In this document: positions 8,502-15,479 of the stretch, piece after piece | How positions within the stretch are numbered: position 1 is the stretch's first letter | How the letters are laid out: each line of letters opens with the position of its first letter | Assembly: GCA_964014485.1 (NCBI GenBank) | Contig: CAXHAT010000152.1 | Location: 1 to 19,479 of the forward strand | DNA length: 19,479 nucleotides | From: an uncultured Deferribacteres bacterium | GTDB lineage: Bacteria; Zhuqueibacterota; Zhuqueibacteria; Zhuqueibacterales; Geothermadaptataceae | Reading direction: 5' to 3' | Notes under the pieces: model-generated | What the model saw: only the letters and a program-made list of their open reading frames with translations | What the model was told of the DNA's origin: nothing | Database searches by the model: none | Made by a program: the position numbers and the translations under genes

Positions 8502-11000
8502 CTAAAAAGTAATCGTCGGATCGCCGAAAAGGTAGTAAAAATAGCGTGTGATGTCATACTCGGGATCGTAGCCGCGAACCTTGTCGCGTTTGCCGAGATC
8601 GTTGATCGTGCGTCGCAGAGCTTCACCCGCGGGCAAGCCTTCATCAACAAAATGCTCGTAAAACACACCCGCGAACCACCCCGCGGTTTTCTCAAAGACA
8701 TCAAAACTCGTTACGATGCACGCCCCCGCGCCACAGGCCAGAAACTCCGTACACAAATGATCCATCCTGTCCCATTCTTCCGGCAATTTGCCTGAACTGC
8801 ACGCATTCAGAAAAACCAGAGGGCGCGAGACGAACCGAATCCCGGCGGTTTCCGAAATCGTTCCCGACTTCAAAAAATCCCGTTCGCCTACGTCCAAAAA
8901 TCCGTTCATTGCATGCCCGGCGTAGTGGATGAGCCGCAGGTTGTCTTTGTCCTCACATGCACGGCTGAGATTATGCAAAAAATCCTGCGTGCTGTCCTTG
9001 ATCGCCAAAGTCGTGCATTTCCGCCGAACAAACTGCCGCTGTAAATCCCCGACATGATCATTGACCGTCAACAACTCCTTGCCCGCGTGTCCGTTCCAGT
9101 CGCCGTAAAACAAAATCGCCATGCGATGATTCGGATTGTCCGGCGCTTGAAGAATTTCCTTTTCCTGCTCAAATCGCTTTTCGCTCGTGAAAGAAACGCC
9201 GATGCTGAATTTTTCACACAAGAAGACGCCGGAATCCGCATGATACGCCAACGGCCACGGCGCTTTCAGGTTTGGCGTAACGATTTGCAGAGGCAGCGAA
9301 GCGTCAAATTCGCTGAAAAGCCCGTCAAATCCCGCCCTGACGCCGAAGTGATCCTTGATCCGCGACCCGATTTTTTGCAGCATGGAAAGCGGCGACGGAT
9401 CGGGGTTTTCTTTGTGTAAAAGATGGTGAAAATATGCCTTCCAGACGGCTTCCAAATCATGGTTCAATTTGCGGGCGACGTTCATGGAAACTTGCAGCGG
9501 CGGGCGAATCTTAACCATGAACGGCTGCGCCGGGCCGGACCTGCGCAAATCGATCCAATGCGAATACCAGCAAGAGTCCCGTTCTTCGATGGCGAAGATA
9601 ACCAGAACGTAATATGATTGATTGGCCAATGTCCGTCCAAGCGTTCTGATTTCTTCGGGAATGCTGGCTTCCTGCCCGGCCACGAGTTCTTTCAATCGAT
9701 CTTGCTCACGCGCGGAAAAAATCCACTCCTTGCAGCCGTGAAGCAACGCCGCCAAAAGCACGAAAACCCCGACCGGCGTAACTGGCAGAACAGAACGCTC
9801 AAATTTGAAGAAAACAAATGCGGTCACGAGATAAAGCGCCGTCAATAAGACAACGCCGGAAATTTGCGCAAGCGGCCCCGGACGAGAAAAAATCCACAGC
9901 AGTCCGCAGCCAATGAAAATGAATAAGAAGATTTGAACCCGTGTCGAGGCAAAGGTAACAAATTGCCTGCGCAAAATATTATCAACGGCGTTGGCGTGCA
10001 GATAAACCCCCGGCAGCCCGAATTCCGGCGCGAACGGCGTGTAATGCGAATCGTTTTCATCAACAACGCTGCCGATGATCACGATTTTATCCCGAACTTC
10101 CCGCACAAGCTTTTTTTGCGCCGCGCTGTCGTCTGGTGAATTGACGAGCGTTTGAAATTCAGACCAGCCCATGCTCCGCGCCTGAAAAAGACGTGCCGGT
10201 CCAAGATGATTGATGAAAAACTCCCCCGTGTTCAGCATTGGAACATGGACATGATCTTCCCCCGCCGGCTTCAGAACGATGTGTTGATTTTCAATGCTGA
10301 TCTCATGATTTGAAACGCCGTAAAATTTTTTAACAACTTCAAGGGCAAACGCCGAAGAGAGTTCTTTCACACCATTCACCTCAATTTCGAGAAATCCTGG
10401 AATGCTCGTGGAATGATTATTTACCGGATCGAGCATGATATTGAGATGAGCGATGTCAGCGCCGGCTTCGCGCAGCATCGGTAAAACGAGCAAAGTATCC
10501 GGCGTGCTCATAAAAAAAGGATAATGGCTGACGGCGCATTTTTCACAAGGTGTGATGCCGGTTGAATCAAGAGCGGCATAATCTTTTTCCGAGGTTTCTG
10601 GAAAATAACTGCCGCTGATGAAGTGATCGGATGTTTCCGCTTCATCGATCAGGAGTGAATCTTCCGAGGCGATGTTTGGCTCTTCGAAGCGAAAATCGAT
10701 TGCGACCACTTTCGCGCCAAGACGGTGCAATTGGTTATGGAAAGCCGCCAGAAGTCCTCGTTGCGAAGGCAATTCCCCGAATTCAGCAACAGCCGCCGAA
10801 TCTTCGACAAGCAGCACAATCTCCGAAGAAAGTTTTGCCGAATCGTTTATGCGAAAGCGCAGGTCGATTGTGGATTGTTCCCAGGAACGGCCGAGAAATG
10901 TTTTAGAAGACAAGACCGCCGCTCCTGCCGCAACCGTAATCAGCAAGCTCGATATAACGAGCCTTGAATAACCTTCTTTCAAAAAATTGTGAAAATTCAT
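8502..11000 (-). CDS. Membrane CHASE2 sensor domain fused to a C-terminal CHAT (caspase-like) protease
   Basis: N-terminal TM helix, then CHASE2 motifs (EQSTIDLRF, GAKVVAIDFRF.EP, VRDKIVIIGS, D.HYTPF, PGVYLHANAVDNIL) and three TM helices. CHAT motifs follow: PWPL, FLCEKFSIG, IHYAGHA (His 8913-8915), VFLNACSSG (Cys 8799-8801), FLACGA, FYEHF..G..GEAL, YYLFGDP. Confidence 0.92.
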   Translation of the reverse strand: MNFHNFLKEGYSRLVISSLLITVAAGAAVLSSKTFLGRSWEQSTIDLRFRINDSAKLSSEIVLLVEDSAAVAEFGELPSQRGLLAAFHNQLHRLGAKVVAIDFRFEEPNIASEDSLLIDEAETSDHFISGSYFPETSEKDYAALDSTGITPCEKCAVSHYPFFMSTPDTLLVLPMLREAGADIAHLNIMLDPVNNHSTSIPGFLEIEVNGVKELSSAFALEVVKKFYGVSNHEISIENQHIVLKPAGEDHVHVPMLNTGEFFINHLGPARLFQARSMGWSEFQTLVNSPDDSAAQKKLVREVRDKIVIIGSVVDENDSHYTPFAPEFGLPGVYLHANAVDNILRRQFVTFASTRVQIFLFIFIGCGLLWIFSRPGPLAQISGVVLLTALYLVTAFVFFKFERSVLPVTPVGVFVLLAALLHGCKEWIFSAREQDRLKELVAGQEASIPEEIRTLGRTLANQSYYVLVIFAIEERDSCWYSHWIDLRRSGPAQPFMVKIRPPLQVSMNVARKLNHDLEAVWKAYFHHLLHKENPDPSPLSMLQKIGSRIKDHFGVRAGFDGLFSEFDASLPLQIVTPNLKAPWPLAYHADSGVFLCEKFSIGVSFTSEKRFEQEKEILQAPDNPNHRMAILFYGDWNGHAGKELLTVNDHVGDLQRQFVRRKCTTLAIKDSTQDFLHNLSRACEDKDNLRLIHYAGHAMNGFLDVGERDFLKSGTISETAGIRFVSRPLVFLNACSSGKLPEEWDRMDHLCTEFLACGAGACIVTSFDVFEKTAGWFAGVFYEHFVDEGLPAGEALRRTINDLGKRDKVRGYDPEYDITRYFYYLFGDPTITF

Positions 11001-11004
11001 GCAA

Positions 11005-11598
11005 TTAATTTCCCGGCTCGAACCAAAAAAGGATGGGCTTCAATTCTTCAGGAAGGAATCTTTTCTTTTTGCCGCCGGATTTTGCTCCTCTCCTTTTCTT
11101 ACCTCCTTTTTTCACGTCCTTCGATCCGCCGCTCTTACTCGCTCGCTTTTTGCCGGAAGTGATCATCGCCGCCATCACCTCCGCCTCGGTCACGTTGCGC
11201 GCCCCCGCTCTCGAGGTCGCTTCATCGCCTTCGTAATGCAATCCAAGCTTGGCAAAGAGCGTTTTGAAGCTGCCGCCGGAAAGTTCATAAGCGTCTCCAA
11301 ACATTTCATCAGCGCTCAGCGTGTCATCTATCATCAAATAAATAATGCCAAGATTCAGCAAAACGCCTTCTTCTTCCGGCGCCAGACGTCTCGCCTTCAT
11401 GTAAAAATCAATCGCGCGATCAATCGCCGTCGAATCTTCGACCGCTTGCATGACCTCGAAATTCCCCTGCCCCGTCCAATACGCCGCCGAATCCAGGTTC
11501 GCCTTCCGCTGCGTCTCTCCCGTCTCTTGCGCCGCAACACCCGAAAACGCCGCCGTCAACCCCAAAACCATCAAAAAACATTTCAAAAATCGCAACAT
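11005..11598 (-). CDS. Secreted TPR protein with Lys/Gly-rich low-complexity C-terminal segment
   Basis: GAGG RBS and signal peptide ending VAA|Q. TPR motif AIDFYMKARRLAPEEEGVLLNLGIIY. The stop is 4 nt from the CHASE2-CHAT start. Confidence 0.85.
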   Translation of the reverse strand: MLRFLKCFLMVLGLTAAFSGVAAQETGETQRKANLDSAAYWTGQGNFEVMQAVEDSTAIDRAIDFYMKARRLAPEEEGVLLNLGIIYLMIDDTLSADEMFGDAYELSGGSFKTLFAKLGLHYEGDEATSRAGARNVTEAEVMAAMITSGKKRASKSGGSKDVKKGGKKRRGAKSGGKKKRFLPEELKPILFWFEPGN

Positions 11599-11699
11599 AA
11601 TACCCTCGACTAAAAAATCATTCTGACTCTAATCATTTTGTCCGCCCCAACCCGGACAAGCCGGAACCAATCAGGAGCGGTCATTCAATCTCGTGACTT

Positions 11700-11845
11700 A
11701 ACGCAGAGACGCAGAGCTTCGCAGAGTTTTTTAAAGCAAAAATTTAGAGATACGTTTTTTCAGTATCATACTTTGGATTTCTGCGGGATTGAACTCAAAA
11801 TTAAAACTTCTCTGCGCAACTCTGCGTCCTTTCCGTCTCTGCGTT
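11700..11845. repeat. Intergenic inverted-repeat element built of tandem CGCAGAG units
   Basis: Left arm AACGCAGAGACGCAGAGCTTCGCAGAG (11700-11726); right arm CTCTGCGCAACTCTGCGTCCTTTCCGTCTCTGCGTT (11810-11845). The outer 12 bp are perfectly complementary and the interior is AT-rich. Confidence 0.8.
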
Positions 11846-11904
11846 TTGGAAAGTTTTGCCAAAAATTGGCAGAAAATGTCTTAACAGACACTAAAACAAT
11901 CAAA

Positions 11905-14040
11905 TCACTCCCGCGGATAACCATTGTCCAAAATCAGCCGCCCCTTCCTGGTGTCTCCAATCAATTCCAAAAGTCGTGCATAACGATACCGCGCTCGAAA
12001 ATCACCCGGATTTTCCTGAAACGGTCGCTCATAGTTTTCCTCAACGAACGCGGCTCTCTGTAAATGATAAGGCTGTAAATCGCCCCGCACCAACGCGCCT
12101 GCAATAACCTGTTCGACGGGAAAACTCGGATTAAAATCGTCAGAGAACGCCAGCGGCGTGTAACGATGCGTCTCCCTCGCCAGGGCGACTTCGGCGAACT
12201 CGAACGCATCGTGATTTTTGAACTCGTGGTACTGCGCCGCGCCCTTTTTCCAGGCATCGAGAAACGAGCGCAGGTTCGGCTTGCCGTACCAGGTTGTCTC
12301 CACCGGCAGCCACACCCTGCCGTCGCGCACGACATACTGCTCCTTGGGAACACAGAGCTTGAATCGTCTCGTCGCATGAATCCCCGTATCGAACGCCAGC
12401 AGCAAATGTCCCGGCAGCCCGATCAACGCGGTGTTCACGCCCAGACTCTCCAAAACCGAGGCCAGCAAAATCGTCATATCGTCGCAATCACCCTCCCCGC
12501 TTTGCAGCAGTTCGCGCGGATATTGAATGACGTCCAGATCGGGATAATTCGGGTCTTGCTTGTAAAGAATGTCCATCTTTCGCAGAAAATTATACGCCGC
12601 CGCAACCGTCGTCATCGTTTTGTTCACCAGCGAATCCTTTTGCGAATACACGAGTTTTTGCACCCGCGCCGCGATTTCAGCCACCAGCGCGTCTTCCGGC
12701 ATCACGAACGCCGCCGCCTGCGCCACGCCGTGCTCATCCAGCCAATAAATATTATTTCGCCCGTTCAGCCGGAATGTGACAAAATCCCGCCGATCCGGCC
12801 GGCTTGCCAATCGTGTTTTCGAGTCGATGATCACGCTGGCCTGCAACGGCTCGCGTACATCCTGGCCCAGCGCCAGAATTCTGTCCGGCAAAATCACCGG
12901 CACGTCGATGATCCGGCTCTCCGGCAAATTCGGATCGATCTTGAAGTTTTTCTCCGCCTTGATGCCAAATTTTTTCTCGATGATTTCAATCTTCCCGGAA
13001 ATCGTTTTTTTGCCCCTGTACGAGACAAAAACCCGCGCCCACGGTTCACTCGAATGATACATCTTCTGCGAGGCGAAAAGATCGTGTAAAACCACCGAAT
13101 CGATTTTCACCGGCGAAGTTGGCGGGTCGAGCAGCAATTGCACATTGTAGCGGTTCATGTCTTCCAGAAACGGCGTGTCGGTAAAGGCAAAATCCGTCTG
13201 AATGAAATCCACCCGCAGGCTCAGTCCGGCTGAAAAAGTCCAGTCCTGCTCGCCAATGTTCCGAATAGACTTCTGAACGCCCGCGCGCAAACCCAGGATA
13301 TTCTTGAACCACCCTTCCAAACCTACATGGTAACGGTCGTCAACATCGACGGCGATCATTGGCTCATGAAAAAACAACAACTTATCCAGCTTATACGCGG
13401 CGCCCACGCGAACATTGCGCGGAAAAAGCGTCTCCGCCGCGTCCGCCCCGTTGCGATGCAGTTTTGTATCGAAAGCGTCCTGCACCATCAGGCCAAACCG
13501 GAGATTCTTCACCGGCATAAACAACGCGCCGAAATCCGCGCCCCAGCCGGAAGCCCTGCCCTCGTCCTGCAGGTCGAGAAAAGCGCCGTAATCCAGATAT
13601 TTCACATTCGCGCCGAACGACAAGCGCCCGGACGCACGATAGCTTAGCGAAAGCGCCAGCTTGTTTTGCGAATAACGCAACTCGTTGTCATCCAGGCCAA
13701 GATGGTGTAAGGAAAGACCAAAGGCGATATTATCCGGATCATTGATGAAGGGAATGTTCGGCAGCAGCAAGGCGAGATAATTATTGCCGATGTCCGTGCC
13801 GTAAAGATTGGCGTGCATGAACTGAAACTCGTAGCGATCCCCAAACGCCATGCCGGCGGGATTCCAGTAGAGCGCGTCCGCTCCTTCCGCCACCGCCGCG
13901 AACGCATCTCCCATCCCCGGCCCGCGCGCCCCCACAAACTGTGGATTCCTGATTCGCGAAGGCTCTGAGTCATCGTTCGTCTGCCCAAAAGCCCGCCCCG
14001 CGAAAACAAAAATGAAAATACAAACAATCCACACTCTCAC
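11905..14040 (-). CDS. PorV/PorQ-like (FadL-type) outer-membrane beta-barrel fused to a transglutaminase-like domain
   Basis: ORF 11905..14106. The better start is GTG 14040 (GGAGG RBS, signal peptide MRVWIVCIFIFVFAGRAFG|Q). The barrel N-terminal motif GARGPGMGDAFAAVAEGADALYWNPAGM is followed by amphipathic strands (FGANVKY, GADFGALF, LRFGLMVQD, VRVGAAY, LRAG). The C-terminal half has GDCDD (Cys 12484-12486), PGH and WLPVETT. Confidence 0.9.
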   Translation of the reverse strand: MRVWIVCIFIFVFAGRAFGQTNDDSEPSRIRNPQFVGARGPGMGDAFAAVAEGADALYWNPAGMAFGDRYEFQFMHANLYGTDIGNNYLALLLPNIPFINDPDNIAFGLSLHHLGLDDNELRYSQNKLALSLSYRASGRLSFGANVKYLDYGAFLDLQDEGRASGWGADFGALFMPVKNLRFGLMVQDAFDTKLHRNGADAAETLFPRNVRVGAAYKLDKLLFFHEPMIAVDVDDRYHVGLEGWFKNILGLRAGVQKSIRNIGEQDWTFSAGLSLRVDFIQTDFAFTDTPFLEDMNRYNVQLLLDPPTSPVKIDSVVLHDLFASQKMYHSSEPWARVFVSYRGKKTISGKIEIIEKKFGIKAEKNFKIDPNLPESRIIDVPVILPDRILALGQDVREPLQASVIIDSKTRLASRPDRRDFVTFRLNGRNNIYWLDEHGVAQAAAFVMPEDALVAEIAARVQKLVYSQKDSLVNKTMTTVAAAYNFLRKMDILYKQDPNYPDLDVIQYPRELLQSGEGDCDDMTILLASVLESLGVNTALIGLPGHLLLAFDTGIHATRRFKLCVPKEQYVVRDGRVWLPVETTWYGKPNLRSFLDAWKKGAAQYHEFKNHDAFEFAEVALARETHRYTPLAFSDDFNPSFPVEQVIAGALVRGDLQPYHLQRAAFVEENYERPFQENPGDFRARYRYARLLELIGDTRKGRLILDNGYPRE

Positions 14041-14091
14041 AACTACCTCCCAATCCCGGCGCGCCGCCGGAGGTATAAGAAATTTAGTTCT

Positions 14092-14158
14092 AACCACTGA
14101 GTTCACGGAGGAACATAGAGAAAACTTTTCCGTGCAGCATCCTCATCTTTCCGTGGTT
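14092..14158. repeat. Degenerate inverted-repeat element (AACCAC...GTGGTT, CACGGAG-type units)
   Basis: AACCAC (14092-14097) pairs with GTGGTT (14153-14158); CACGGA (14104-14109) pairs with TCCGTG (14129-14134). Same mirrored-unit architecture as 11700-11845. Confidence 0.5.
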
Positions 14159-14170
14159 CAATTTATTTGT

Positions 14171-14200
14171 TTGACAAATGCGGCTTGTTTTTATTACCAT
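14171..14200 (+). promoter_or_regulatory. Putative sigma70 promoter for the TA islet
   Basis: Perfect TTGACA (14171-14176), 18 nt, TACCAT (14195-14200). Confidence 0.45.
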
Positions 14201-14254
14201 TCTTGAAAAGCTGCATTTGAAGCTGGCTGACTCCCAAAAGGATGATCTAACATT

Positions 14255-14488
14255 ATGACACTCACTCTCAAACACTCAATTGAGCGGGAAATCGCCTATT
14301 TGTCAATCGGACAGCGTAAAACTCTGCAGCGTATCCAGGCGTTTCAGAATAAGTACGGCGTACAACTTTCCGCTGAAACGCAAGACATTCCCGCGCTGGA
14401 CAAAGTCGAATGGGAAGGCGGGGAAATAACGCTGCGAAAACTGCAAGAGAAAATCCAAAGCTTAAACATGCACCAAACCTTTCCATGA
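14255..14488 (+). CDS. Small helical hypothetical protein, antitoxin-like, possibly N-terminally truncated
   Basis: IEREI..L.....KT.QRIQAFQNKYG...D.VEWEG...LRKLQEKIQSL resembles small coiled-coil putative antitoxins (recalled, unverified). AAGGA lies upstream. Confidence 0.5.
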   Translation: MTLTLKHSIEREIAYLSIGQRKTLQRIQAFQNKYGVQLSAETQDIPALDKVEWEGGEITLRKLQEKIQSLNMHQTFP

Positions 14489-14569
14489 AAAATAACTCGA
14501 AACTGTTGATTTTCGAACAGCATAAACGTTATCTTTACAGAAGCATTCATAACAAAACAGGCGGCTCGT

Positions 14570-15124
14570 ATGCAAAAAAGCTTCGACGAACAAAGACTCA
14601 AAGAGATGATTTTATACATCTCCAAATGCTGTGCAGACCAATCCAATTTCAGCGAAACCCGGCTTCGAAAAATTCTGTTTCACGCCGATTTTCTGTGGTT
14701 TGGCCGCACCGGCAAATCCATGAGCGGCGAAACCTACTTTTTAGCAAAACCCGCCCCGCTGCCGCAGCATTTTGACGCCGTCCGTGATAAACTGGCAATC
14801 AAAGGCGTTCCAAATTTTCATAAAAACTCGTTTGCCAATGGCGAACGCGCAGCGGAGATTCAGGACGCGCCCGCGAAGTTCAGACGACTCTCAACGCAGC
14901 AAATGGCGTTCATCGATGAGATCATCGTCTCGTTGAAAAACGACTCAGCGCCGAACTGGGAAAACAGCCTCGAAAAAACCTTACAGCCTGGCGGCGAAAT
15001 TCCTTATCAAACAGTGTTTTTCAGCCAAAAACAGCCGCTTTCCAAAGAAGAAATCGAGCAAGCCCAGGCGTTCGTCGACGCCTATGAAAAGCGCATGAAA
15101 GAACGCCGGCATGCTGCTGTATAA
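14570..15124 (+). CDS. Panacea (DUF4065/SocA-like) domain antitoxin
   Basis: RLKEMILYI...TRLRKILFHADF.WF.RTGKSMSGETY....PAPLP corresponds to the Panacea KL.KLLY.ADF...G.SITG..Y....GPVP motif. C-terminal GEIPYQTVF. It overlaps the next gene by 14 nt. Confidence 0.85.
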   Translation: MQKSFDEQRLKEMILYISKCCADQSNFSETRLRKILFHADFLWFGRTGKSMSGETYFLAKPAPLPQHFDAVRDKLAIKGVPNFHKNSFANGERAAEIQDAPAKFRRLSTQQMAFIDEIIVSLKNDSAPNWENSLEKTLQPGGEIPYQTVFFSQKQPLSKEEIEQAQAFVDAYEKRMKERRHAAV

Positions 15125-15413
15125 CATTGTCGAAGAACCTGAATTTTCCGATGCGTTCGACAAGTTAGAGCTTGAGTATCCTATTCTAACCGAAATCAAA
15201 CGCGGCCTCGACTTCTTCCTCAGCCGCCAGCCCTTCGATCTGGGCGAGCCGATTCCTCGAATGCCCGTTTCAGCATACGGCGCGTTTTTCGTCTGCAAAT
15301 CCACTACCTTCGACATTTTCAGCTATCCCGTTTTCAAATTTTACTACAGAATCGTCGATGACGCCGTCTACTTGATCGGCGTCTATAAATCCACCAACGG
15401 CGAAATCCGCTGA
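15111..15413 (+). CDS. Putative RelE/ParE-fold toxin
   Basis: 100 aa, coupled to the Panacea gene. The pattern YNIVEEPEFSDAFDKL...L.RQP..GEPI...FKFYYRI....VYLIGV matches RelE/ParE topology. Confidence 0.6.
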   Translation: MLLYNIVEEPEFSDAFDKLELEYPILTEIKRGLDFFLSRQPFDLGEPIPRMPVSAYGAFFVCKSTTFDIFSYPVFKFYYRIVDDAVYLIGVYKSTNGEIR

Positions 15414-15479
15414 ACTTGTTCAACGGTTAGAAGACCAAACCTTCAAAAACCAAATCTGTCGGAAAACCAAACCGCTGGA

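Noticed and set aside
6379..11000. Type III-E CRISPR Craspase (TPR-CHAT) or gasdermin system
   Set aside because: No Cas genes, CRISPR array or gasdermin-like ORF. The TPR proteins have signal peptides and the CHAT is fused to CHASE2.
11638..12063. 141-aa ORF on +
   Set aside because: It is a translation of the palindromic element plus the antisense strand of the barrel gene's end.
7279..13126. Diversity-generating retroelement TR/VR pair or invertible segment
   Set aside because: No reverse transcriptase. The paralogous regions differ at many synonymous positions rather than only at adenines and lack long identical inverted repeats.
14041..14106. N-terminal extension of the barrel gene from GTG 14106
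   Set aside because: The start lies in the inverted-repeat element, whereas GTG 14040 has a GGAGG RBS and gives a clean signal peptide.
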